DNA of 64,000 nucleotides from Podarcis erhardii. Its lineage: Eukaryota. Within the stretch, counting starts at the first letter, position 1. Each line of letters opens with the position of its first letter. The stretch lies in the NCBI GenBank assembly GCA_964252035.1, contig OZ176212.1; one strand, written 5' to 3'. Below are positions 14,239 to 24,220 of this stretch, piece by piece. Made by a program: the position numbers and the translations under genes. The notes beneath the pieces are model-generated. The model saw only the letters and a list, made by a program, of their open reading frames with translations. It was not told the origin of the DNA and made no database searches.

Positions 14239-17200
14239 GAAGAAGAAGAAGAAGAAGAAACCTCATACGCAAAGTACTCAGCCTAGCCCAGCTTCATGCA
14301 GTCTCGCAGTTTAAGGGGAGTTAGAACAATAAAACAATAAATTAAAACAACAAAAAAGAGCACTGAAAGGAATTACAAAGTAAAAAGGAAGAGGGAATAA
14401 AAACAGGTGCTAAGAATTGGTTATATAGCAGAGATTTGCCTTAGAGTTGACCTTAGAGCTCTAAACCCTGCTCCAAGCACTCGGCAGCCATCTTGGTCTC
14501 TGCTCCTCATATGTTTTTGTAATACAGTGGTACCTCGGGTTAAGTACTTAATTCGTTCTGGAGGTCTGTTCTTAACCTGAAACTGTTCTTAACCTGAAGC
14601 ACCACCTTAGCTAATGGGGCCTCCTGCTGCCACTGCACCGCCTCTGCACGATTTCTGTTCTCATCCTGAAGCAAAGTTCTCAACCTGAGGTACTATTTTT
14701 GGGTTAGCAGAGTTTGTAACCTGAAGCATATGTAACCCGAGGTACCACTGTACAGTAGACGCTTGGGTTGCGAATGTAATCCATGCGGGAGGCACATTCG
14801 CAGCCCACAGCACCGCATCTGCACATGCGTGGGTCGCAATTTGGTGCTTCTGCACATGCGCAAAGTGCGATTTAGTGCATATGCGCAAGTGCCAAAACCC
14901 GGAAGTAACCCGTTCCGGTACTTCTGGGTTCGGCACGGTGCGCAACCCGAAAACACGCAACCTGAAGCATCTGCAACCCAAGGTATGACTGTATATAAGA
15001 TTTTCAGCAGACCATTGATAGGATGGCCTCTACAGCAGTGTTTCCCAACCTTGTGCCTCCAGCTGTTTTTGAACTACAACTCCCATCATCCCTGACTAGC
15101 AAGACCAGTGGCAAGGGATGATGGGAATTGTAGTCCAAAAACAGCTGAAGGCACAAGTTTGGGAAACACTGCTCTACAGTATTCTTGAATGAACCAGATG
15201 TTCATTCTCTAGTCTACTAGGGCAATGGGTGTTTCACTGTAGCCTTCTCTTTTGTCTAATTGGCTAGGTCTGCTTTTCTCAGTCATTCTAAGACGTCAGC
15301 ATTGGTTAAAGACAGTGAAAAGGTGTGAGCAGCAGTTGCGTAGCGTGGGGGGTGCAGGGGGGGCCAGCCGCACCGGGTGCAAGATCTGGGGGGGGGCGCT
15401 CGCCGCCTCCGGAGTCGCTGAAGAGCCTCGGGCGCAGGCTGTAGCAGAGCCTCATGTCTCGCGGAACCGACGAGCTGTGCGCGCGTCCGGGCTGAAGGCG
15501 TCCAGCAGGCAGCGGCTCTCAGCGCTCGCCGCGGTCCCCGCGCGTCAGGGCCGCGGAGGGCGCACCAGGCAACCCCTCCTCACAGCCCCCCCGCCGCCGC
15601 CGCTGCTGCTGCTGCAGCTGCAGCTGCTGGGCCATGTTGCATTTTCCTGCCTCTCTGCCCTCCTCCTCCTCCTCCGGGCAAGCGGCGTCGTTTGGGCGGC
15701 AGCGCCAGCGGCAACTCGCCTCAGATCACCTGACACGGACCCGCCGCCGCCGCCGTGGCTACCTTACCGTAAATACCCCAGCCCAGGCAGCAGCAAGAAG
15801 AAGCTGGCAGCGGCGGCAGGTTAGGGGTTAGGGGCGCAAATTACTTGCCTTGCCCCGGGTGCTGACAACCCATGCTACGCCGCTGGTGAGCAGCCTCCTG
15901 GTTTCTCACAAAATAAATGAGAACACTGCCCGTACATTTTGCCTCACATCCTGGGTCCCCCAAGTGCTAGCAACTTTATTTTAAATGAAAGAAAGCGGAG
16001 AATCAAGGGGTTGCGGCTTATCCAGGGAACACAGCTGCCCCTCCTTGTGAGCACTCATGATGGTGCAATGCTTCGCTAGTCTCATCTGATCTCCTACCTA
16101 ATATCAGTGAGCCACAGCAGTTGTCCCTCATGTGTGGGAAAGGGAACGGAGTGTGTTGTGTGATACCATAAAAGTGTATCTGCATAGCTGCTTGGTTCCT
16201 TCCATTTGTGGGGGGGCATTAGAAGTGATTGTGATTGTGGTGAGACTGTTGCTATGGACTTTGTAGGAGTGGCCGTGTTAGCTCTCCATTCTAGTAGTAT
16301 TATTGTAACACTTTGGCATTGTAGCTGGTGGGAAAGCCTACGATTCTAATCATGCTGGTATAAGCCCCAGCACAGCAGCAGCTAGTTGAGATTAGATCAT
16401 AGAATTTTCCTGCCATCTCATTCATGGGTAGGCAGACTAAAGCCTTCTAAATCCGGCTTGCGGATGGTCCAGGAATCAACTTGTTTGATTCCTGGTAGGA
16501 ATCAAACAAGTTGATTCCTTGTTTGATTCCTGGTAGGAATAAGTAGAATGTGTCCTTTTATTTAAAATGCATCTCTGGGTTATTTGTGGGGCCTGCCTGG
16601 TGTTTTTACATGAGTAGAATGTGTGCTTTTATTTAAAATGCATCTCTGGGTTATTTGTGGGGCATAGGAATTTGTTCTCCTTTTTTTTCCCCTCTCCAAA
16701 ATATAGTCCGGCCCCCCACAAGGTCTGAGGGACAGTGGACCGGCACCCTGCTTAAAAAGTTTGCTGACCCCTGGTCTAATTCTTGATTTGAATGCTTGCT
16801 TTCAATGCATCTTTAGTTTAATAACAGGCCTTTGCTGTGCAAATTATAACTTGCCAAAAAAAAATGTCATATCCGTAGCATGGGAAAAAATACATGCACC
16901 AGTATTTAAAATACCTCCCAAGAGCTCACAGTATGGGAGAAAATTTGTTATATGAGTTTTAAAATGATAAGATGTTGATGGACAGGTTCTGCTCTTAGTG
17001 TGGCAAACAGGTTAGTCTGATGAGCCTTTCTGAATTAATATAATGGAATATTTCTCAGAATAAAAGATTCTGATAAATGAAGCACCTAACCTAACCATTC
17101 AGTCTGCATCCAATTCTAATTAAGTAGCTGAAGACAGCATTCAAACAAATGTCATATTTTGAGCCCTAAGGAACAAAATTAATATTTTTTTTTCAGCTAC

Positions 17201-19453
17201 TCGGATATTAGTCTGTTTTCTGTTAGTGAAGATGTATACAGTTGGAGATGTCAGCAAATGCAAGGTTAAGTTGTTTCAGTAACGTATATTCTGTTGTAAT
17301 GACACTTAAGGAGGGAGTAGCTGTCACTGAAAGCAATTCTTGAACCATTGCTATGTTAGCATTGTTTCATGAAAAAGTCAGCAACCTGAAATGGAATTAG
17401 TGTATTATGATATTATGACACGGCCTCATCAGATATGGACAGAGAAGTTTCTGAGAATATATCCATGTGAAAGTACACTGGAATGGAGAGAGGAGAAGTA
17501 AGCAAGCAAATGGAAGTGGGGTGATGGTAGGAAACTACTACTTTTTGTACATTTACAGTGGTAGGTAAAGGTAAAGGGACCCCTGACCATTAGGTCCAGT
17601 CGTGGCCGACTCTGGGGTTGCGGCGCTCATCTTGCTTTACTGGCCGAGGGAGCCGGCGTACAGCTTCTGGGTCATGTGGCCAGCATGACTAAGCCGCTTC
17701 TGGCAAACCAGAGCAGCGCACGGAAATGCCGTTTACCTTCCCGCCAGAGCTGTACCTATTTATCTACTTGCACTTTTGACGTGCTTTCGAACTGCTAGGT
17801 TGGCAGGAGCAGGGACCGAGCAACGAAAGCTCACCCCGTTGCGGGGATTCGAACCGCCGACCTTCTGATTGGCAAGCCCTAGGCTCTGTGGTTTAATCAC
17901 AACGCCACCCGAGTCCCTTTTACAGTGGTACACCACTTTAAAAAATACATACTGCAGTTCTGGAAGGAAGCGAAGGCAGTCAATGGCAGGGAATTCATTT
18001 ATTTGGCCTGAGAAATCAATAACCCCAACTAGTTTACTATGGCTTTCACTCTTAAAAGCACCTGCTTATTTATCAAGTGCATGGAGATGTTCTGTATACA
18101 TGGACTGAGGTACCGGGGAGAATAAAGCAAATAGCAATAGGGGGAAAGTTCTGTGTTCCTTTCCATGTTGTGCGATGAGGCTGAGGCTCACTGTGTTGGA
18201 TTCTCTGCCAATATGGTGCTGAAAGGAGCAAATTTGTTAGATAATCAACAAGCTGTTAAGTCCACTCTCATCCTTTCTTCCTTCTGCCTTCTCCCTTCTC
18301 TCCTTCTGGGAGAGATCATTAGGGGGGTTGAAATGGGTGTTCATCAGTACGTGGATGATACCCAGCTCTACCTCTCTTTTAAATCAGAACCAGTGAAGGC
18401 GGTGAATGTTCTGTGTGAGTGTCTGGAGGCAATTGGAGGATGGATGGTGGCTAACGGATTGAGGTTGAATCCTGACAAGACAGAAGTACTGTTTTGGGGG
18501 GACGGGCAGGTGTGGGGGACTCTCTGGTCCTGAATGGGGTAACTGTGCCCCTGAAGGACCAGGTGCGCAGTCTAGGAGTCATTTTGGACTCATAGCTGTC
18601 CATGGAGGCGCAGGTCAATTCTGTGTTCAGGGCAGCTGTCTACCAGCTCCATCTGGTATGCAGGCTGAGACCCTACCTGCCCACAGACTCGCCAAAGTGG
18701 TGCATGCTCTGGTTATCTCCTGCTTGGACTACTGCAATGTGCTCTACGTGGGGCTACCTTTGAAGGTGACCCGGAAACTACAACTAATCCATAATGCGCC
18801 AGCCAGACTGGTGACTGGGAGCAGCCACCGGGACCATATAACACTGGTCCTGAAAGACCTACATTGGCTCCCAGTATGTTTATGAGCACAATTTAAAGTG
18901 TTGGTGCTGGCCTTTAAAGCCCTAAACGACCTCGGCCCAGTATACCTGAAGGAGCATCTCCACTCCCATCATTCAGCCCGGACACTGAGATCTAGCTCCG
19001 AGGGCCTTCTGGCGGTTCCCTCACTGCGAGAGGTGAGGTGACAGAGAACCCAGCAGAGGGCCTTCTCAGTAGTGGTGCCCTCCCATCAGATGTCAAGGAA
19101 ATAAACAACTATCTGACTTTTAGAAGACATCTGAAGGCAACCCTGTATCGGGAAATTTTAAATGTCTAATGTTTTACCATTTTTAATGTGCTGTAAGCTG
19201 CCCAGAGTGGTTGGGGAAACCCAGCCAGATGGGCGGGGTATAAATAATAAAAATATTACTATTATTATTACAGTGGTACCTCAGGATGCGAACGGGATCC
19301 GTTCCGGAGCCCCGTTCGCATCCTGAAGCAAACTCAACCCGTGTCTGGGCGTCACGGGTCGCATTTTGCTGCTTCTGCGCATGCGCGTGACGAAACCATG
19401 GAGCGCAACCCGAAAATACTTAACTTGAAGCACATTTATCCCAAGGTATGACT

Positions 19454-19505
<52 letters not shown>

Positions 19506-19867
19506 GTAGCTCTATGTTTATCAGCCTGACAAGATTCAATAAAGTACTCCACCTCCATCTTTTGTGATGCCTTGGATTTATACCAGCACAGAGGACATTA
19601 TTTTGGTGCTAAACATTAGAATCGTAGAGCTGTAGAATTGGAAGGGACCACGACCGTTCTGGAAGGTGGAAGCAGCCTTGCCCCTATTCTGGAGCTGAAG
19701 ATCCTCACTTGCTAAATTCCTGCACAAATTGACTTGCATCTCTGGTGGCTAAATGAATGGAAAGACTAACCAACGCTGCATTTTGTTTTCGACAGGCACC
19801 GCCTAGGAGCCTTAGACCTCGTTTCAGGAAAAAAAGTACCTCATCTTCGACCACTGAAACCATGTGA
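3529..19867 (+). CDS. REEP1: REEP1 3' part, long isoform: join(3529..3564,9759..9910,19796..19867); upstream exons lie outside the window
   Basis: AG/GT-bounded exons of 36, 152 and 72 nt splice in frame to CACCSVCRIVQ-VVELEVEAESERPPEANCEPTGVVFSDDEENDSLDSTSKAKTPKKKDPVIE-APPRSLRPRFRKKSTSSSTTETM*, matching the remembered C-terminus of the long mammalian REEP1 isoform (...FSDDEE...APPRILRSRFRKKSTSSSATETT); syntenic with MRPL35. Confidence 0.88.
5241..5655 (-). mobile_element. Probable solo LTR
   Basis: TGTC...GACA termini, near-match 5-bp flanks TTGCG/TTGCT, GC-rich core with CCAAT and GC boxes, minus-strand AATAAA near 5331. Confidence 0.5.
9759..9910 (+). CDS. REEP1: REEP1 152-nt frame-switch exon
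   Basis: AG/GT boundaries, phase 1-0, encodes the acidic FSDDEENDSLD segment. Confidence 0.85.
10049..10182. mobile_element. Degenerate hAT fold-back MITE
   Basis: ACTACAACTCCCATCA / TGATGGGAGTTG arms, right end CCACCCCTG; related to the 2227 and 15036 copies. Boundaries approximate. Confidence 0.65.
10438..10787 (+). mobile_element. Sauria SINE
   Basis: About 350 bp (GTAAAGGGACCCCTG...CCACCCGCGTCCC); 12-bp TSD GTCACATATTAT. Confidence 0.92.
10977..11205. mobile_element. Tc1/mariner (Tigger-like) MITE
   Basis: TIR CAGTGGTACCTTGGTT / AACCAAGGTACCACTG, TA flanks. Confidence 0.88.
11226..11690. mobile_element. Probable hAT (Tip100-like) non-autonomous element
   Basis: CAGG.../...CGGCCCTG ends; 7/8 flank match GCTGCTTC vs TCTGCTTC. 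Confidence 0.5.
11985..12095 (+). mobile_element. L2 3' tip with (AAT)n tail
   Basis: GGGAGCTGCCAAGAGTGGCTGGGGCAACCCAG followed by (AAT)n. Confidence 0.75.
12252..12604 (+). mobile_element. Sauria SINE
   Basis: Full-length copy; TSD GCAGGAGAGGTA; boundaries approximate. Confidence 0.92.
12738..12790. repeat. (TCT)n(TCA)n compound microsatellite
   Basis: Directly visible. Confidence 0.9.
13036..13381 (-). mobile_element. Sauria SINE
   Basis: Reverse-oriented copy; TSD TAGGAAAC(G/A)TATA. Confidence 0.92.
13398..13649. mobile_element. hAT MITE (CAGGGGT-ended family)
   Basis: TIR CAGGGGTCAGCAAC / GTTGCCTACCCCTG; perfect 8-bp TSD ATATATAC. Confidence 0.92.
14192..14258. repeat. (AAT)n(GAA)n compound microsatellite
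   Basis: Directly visible. Confidence 0.9.
14525..14750. mobile_element. Tc1/mariner MITE, most common local family
   Basis: TIR CAGTGGTACCTCGGGTTA; TA flanks. Confidence 0.92.
14753..14991. mobile_element. Tc1/mariner MITE, second family, abutting the previous one across one TA
   Basis: CAGTAGACGCTTGGGTTGCG ... GCAACCCAAGGTATGACTG, TA flanks. Confidence 0.8.
15036..15171. mobile_element. hAT fold-back MITE
   Basis: TIR CAGTGTTTCCCAA / TTGGGAAACACTG; perfect TSD CTCTACAG. Confidence 0.92.
15333..15885. mobile_element. hAT (Tip100/Arthur-like) non-autonomous element with GC/CpG-rich interior
   Basis: TIR CAGTTGCGTAGCGTGGG / CCCATGCTACGCCGCTG; perfect 8-bp TSD GTGAGCAG (15325-15332 and 15886-15893). 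Confidence 0.88.
16423..16773. mobile_element. Rearranged hAT MITE (CAGGGGT family), opposite orientation to the 13398 copy
   Basis: Reverse complement of the 13398 element with internal inverted and direct duplications. Confidence 0.82.
17564..17918 (+). mobile_element. Sauria SINE
   Basis: Full-length copy; TSD TTTACAGTGGTA. Confidence 0.92.
18308..19270 (+). mobile_element. 5'-truncated L2 LINE (RT C-terminus and 3' end), degraded
   Basis: HQYVDDTQLYLSF RT motif, LNPDKTE, HALVISCLDYCN, HITLVLKDLHWLPV in shifted frames; (TAT)n tail continues at 19455-19503 past an inserted MITE. Confidence 0.92.
19271..19454. mobile_element. Tc1/mariner MITE inserted into the L2 (TAT)n tail
   Basis: CAGTGGTACCTCAGG ... 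CCAAGGTATGACTG between TA dinucleotides. Confidence 0.82.
19796..19867 (+). CDS. REEP1: REEP1 terminal coding exon; also reads (G)TA* in a shifted frame, TAG at 19804-19806
   Basis: TTTTGTTTTCGACAG acceptor; APPRSLRPRFRKKSTSSSTTETM*. Confidence 0.9.
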   Translation, partial: APPRSLRPRFRKKSTSSSTTETM

Positions 19868-22591
19868 GCGTGATGAGCCATTAGCACCGAAATCCACGGA
19901 ATGTCTCTCTTCTGCCTTAAAAGATCTACTCCGTTAATAATGTTGGGGGGAAAACAGTGGTGAGATGGATGTGCTTTTGATATTGCACGTTATAAACATG
20001 GCCTTTCTCGCTTCCCTTTCCATTTGCTGTGGGTTCCCTGACCGTTTCTGTGGCATCGCAAAAAGCCAGAAGGCAAAAGCAACCCCCCCGGATTTCTTTG
20101 CAGAGTAGCAGTTCTTTCAGCTATGCTAGTGAGGCTGTACATTTGTAATTACTCCTTACATCAGCTTAGTTTTTAGCTCTGTGAGTGCAACCAGGAAAAT
20201 AATTATTCACCTGTTCTAAATACTTGGATCCATCCTATTTATTTTGGGCTTCATAATGTATAGAGTGGCAGGGGCCACAGATTTTTCTACCCAATCGTTC
20301 TCCATCATATCTTTATTACAAGACTGTGAATGATCTGACAAATCATGAATTCTTTTCACTGTACAGGTGTTAGACATGAGCTTAATCGCCCTCCCCGCCC
20401 CCTGTAAATTTTATTTATTGTAACTCAGATACTGTGTGTACTCCTGAAAAAATAGAGCCAGAGGATTTTAGAGAAGGAGGAACTCACAGATGCGTGCGCA
20501 CACATACACACATATACGTATTATCACAAGATATGGGAGCAGAGGCACTTTGGTTTTGACGACAGTGATTGGCTGAGGCTGACATCCTAAGCATATTTAC
20601 CCGGATGAAAGTCATGCTGAAATCAGTCAGACTTTGTAAACAGAATTAGGATTGCATTGTTAAGTATATTATGCATAAAAGAAACTAACGTTATAACCCT
20701 TGGCCAACTTAATGAACATGCCTGCAGCATGCAGCCATAATAAATGCTAGGAGGCAAACCAGAATCACATTAGCAAAGTGTGGGTTGGCCTATGTGAAAG
20801 TCAGCCATGTCTGCACATGGGATTTTAATCCTAACATTTCCCCACCAGGTATGTAGGCATTTCTTTCAGAGAAAGATAGTGGAAGACTGTAAGCAAACTC
20901 CCTCACGTAATGCAAAGATTTTGGCTGTAGTTAGCTTCTCACAGAGTTCACAATAGTCTGTAGATCCCTCAGTGTGTTTGTAATTTTAGAGAGGTACAAA
21001 ATGAGGAAACCGTACTAGGATTTGTGTATTCGTGCTTCAGATTGGTGTCTCTTGTAAGTGTTGAGCATGTAAAATCTAATTCTGTAGACAATTGTATGTG
21101 TTAATTAGAATATTTAATATTGTAGAAAATAAAAGATCTTGCCACTGAGATCAGATGGGTAGATTGCAAATGATACTACTGACCTCCTTAATGTGTAGCA
21201 GGGATTTAGGTGGCTGTGTTTCAGGTTCCAAGATTAGCACTATGAAATGTCTGTTAAATATTTTTGTTTGGGGTTTAAGAATTCATATCCTAGCCTCCCT
21301 TCATGCTTCTTAAATGCTAATTTGGAACTTCTTAATTTTTTTGAAAAGCCTTAAAAAATCCAACCATTGCATAAGCATGTATCAGCATGGTTACTGCTGT
21401 GCAAGAAAACAAAAAACAGATGCCTCCAACAGTTACCATATTTGGATCCGTTGCCATTTCAGTCAACAAATGAATAATTTAGATGGCAGCTAGAAAATAT
21501 TCAGCTGTAGCACAAAAGCTCAATTTTGGGGGAGTTCGGCTAGCATATTTGTTGAGCAGTTTTTTGAAGTCTGTATACATTCACGCACAGAATTCAAAGT
21601 TGTCTGCAACATCAGCAAAATGACATCATCTTACAAGCAGGTAACTTTTGCCAATATATACCATTATGTGTGACAGAATAAAAGAGAAAGTGGCAATTTT
21701 GTATTTAATTATGCCAAAAAGACACATTTGTAAATTTCTCCTTGTATGCTCATTCTACCTAAAGCAAACCAATGTCTATCTGACCTGCTGTTTTACTGAC
21801 AAGTATGACTGTTTTGGAGTTCCTGTTGTTTAGTGCTAAGGTGAAACTCTCTGAATTGCCTTATCTCTCAAATTAAATTCACTGTAAGAAAAAAAATAAT
21901 CACTGGTAGTTGTGCTAATCAATCAGTTGAACTGTGTTATCTGTATATAGATCAGTGAGAAACATGAATGGCTAAATAAGTGTACCACTTATGTTCCATA
22001 CATTTTTTTAATCTGCAATACAATGGAAGCAGGTTGTTCACAGCCTTGGCTGAGACATGTGCACCAAAACATATCAGCTTCTAGCATTTTGAACACTCAA
22101 GACATGTACTCTCTACCAATTTACTAGGGCTATCCATTTTATTTTCAGTAGAAGGCTCCTATATAATTTAATTTCATGTACACGTTGGGGATTAATACGC
22201 TCTACACTCTTGCTCTGGTTCTCTAGTCTTACCTCCTCGGACCAATACTGGGGGTCAGCTTTGCATAGCCAACTTTAGCTTCCACAATGCTCTGTTTCTG
22301 CCAATTTTTGTTTTTGCATTACAGATGTAAAACCATAGAACAGAGGCGGACTTTGGTACTCTTTGGTAACGGCTTCCTGCGAGAGCCCCGAATTTGGTGC
22401 CCCCAAGTGGTTCTTCTCAATTTTGTACCCACTCAGCTCATTGCCCTATGTCGGGGAACTGCCTGCATCACCCCAAATCCAGTGCTACATAGAATCATAA
22501 AGTTAGAAGGGACCCCAGGGAGAGAACAGTGGACCACACAAGGACTGTGGCTCTCCGGCACAGTACTGCTTCTGTTGCTACAATTCTAGTA

Positions 22592-22910
22592 CAGTGGTGC
22601 CTCGCAAGACGAAATTAATCCCGTTCCGTGAGGCTCTTCGTATAGCGGTTTTTTTGTCTTGCGAAGCAAGCCCATTGACAGCTTAGCGAATTAGCGCTAT
22701 TAGCTGTTTAGCGGCTTTTAGCGGATCAGCTGATAAGCGGCTTAGGGCTTAGGAAAAGGGGAAAAACCCCGCAGGAACTCGCAAGACATTTTCGTCTTGC
22801 GAAGCAAGCCCATAGGGAAATTCATTTTGCAAAGTGCCTCCAAAACGGAAAACCCTTTCGTCTAGCGGGTTTTCCGTCTTGCGAGGCGTCCGTCTTGCGG
22901 GGCACCACTG
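22592..22910. mobile_element. Tc1/mariner MITE
   Basis: TIR CAGTGGTGCCTCGCAAGACG / CGTCTTGCGGGGCACCACTG; TA flanks; internal CGTCTTGCG repeats. Confidence 0.9.
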
Positions 22911-23074
22911 TATTGTAAAACTATGGGGAGGGCTCCCAAACATGTAACTGTAAAATGTTCTTGATTGTAGGAAAATGGCCAACTTCACAAGAGAACAGGC
23001 TATTATGGCTTAGTTGCGTATGCCCACGTATCAGTACTGATCTAATTACCAAAGTTTCTCACCCTTCACCATTC

Positions 23075-23300
23075 ATGGGGATAGACCACAGCTCAATGGT
23101 TGAGCACATGCTTTGGTTCCACCTTCTACCTGCAGAAGGTTCCCGTTCCAATCCCTGGCCCCTCCAGTTTATGTTCATGCGACATACCTCTGCCACAGAC
23201 TCTGCCTGCCAGTGTAGACAGTACTGAGTCTACTCTAGTATGAGGCACAGGGTCCGACTAGATGACGCTCAGGGTCCCTTTCAACTCTACAATTCTGTGA
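23075..23300 (+). mobile_element. Degenerate tRNA-derived SINE plus CR1-type tail
   Basis: A-box-like AGCTCAATGGTTGAGCA; ends GACTAGATGACGCTCAGGGTCCCTTTCAACTCTACAATTCT. Confidence 0.55.
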
Positions 23301-23973
23301 AGTCAGACATTGGCCTATCTAGCCAATGGCTGGTGGCAGCAGGAAAAATATTTTATTTCAATGTAAATCAAAGAATTTCACCAGTCAGCTTTAAAACTAA
23401 AACACTGGGGAGAAAATGCTGAACATAAAGTTGGGATGCTCTCTAGCCAGTTGTAAACAACCTGCTACCTTCAAGCTGTACTCTGCAAGCTAATTGTACT
23501 CTTTAAGTAGCTGATACATGTACTTGTGCCTAAATGCTTGTTAATTAGTCTCTTTTGCAGTTTTGGTTTTTTTTGCGAGTACCTGCTTTGCACTTGGCAC
23601 ACTATTTGAAATTGTCAAGAGCATTGTATTTTAGAAAGTAACGCAAGTGGCCAATATCTGAGGCTGGTAACGGGGCACTTAATATTGTTTGTCTCCACTG
23701 ATCCATAGCAAAGACATGCTAGGCTAGAACGGTGAAAAATGCATTGTAAGATCACATACTACAACAGTATTCCAAAGGTCAATGTTTTGTTATAATGCTT
23801 CATATACATCTTGAAAATAAAGTCTTAAATTTTTCTTTTAAAAAAAGGAATGGGTCTTCTGTTCAAAGGAGGCGAAACTGTTATAATCACACTTCTAATA
23901 TTGTAGTATTATAATATTGTAGTGTTCTAATTTCTGTAATTGTTTATCTCCACTATATGCTATCGTTGTAATG

Positions 23974-24220
23974 CATGGGTAGGCAAACTAAGGCCCAGGG
24001 GCTAAGGCTGGCCCAATCGCCTTCTGAATCTGGCCTGTGGACGGTCTGGGAATCAGCGTGTTTTTACATGAGTAGAATGTGTCCTTTTATTTAAAATGCA
24101 TCTCTGGGTTATTTGTGGGACATAGGAATTCATTCACCCTCCCCCCAAATATAGTCCGCTGCCCCCAAGATCTGAGGGACAGTGGAACGGCCCCCTGCTG
24201 AAAAAGTTTGCTGACCCCTG
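23974..24220. mobile_element. hAT MITE (CAGGGGT family)
   Basis: Reverse complement of the 13398 element; 7/8 TSD TTGTAATG / TTGTAAGG. Confidence 0.88.

Larger units (their letters stand above)
19868..23840 (+). other. REEP1: Probable long REEP1 3' UTR; 3' end uncertain
   Basis: AT-rich non-coding sequence after the stop; AATAAA candidates near 20740, 21128, 21678 and 23816. Mammalian REEP1 is known to have a multi-kb UTR. Confidence 0.45.

Noticed and set aside
15252-15824. 190-aa plus-strand ORF
   Set aside because: Crosses the transposon boundary and is low-complexity; open frames are expected at this GC content.
15819-15834. Telomere-like GGTTAGGGGTTAGGGG
   Set aside because: Only two imperfect units within the hAT subterminal region.
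17919-17930. Start of another CAGTGGTA MITE
   Set aside because: It is the TSD copy of the adjacent SINE, with no MITE body.
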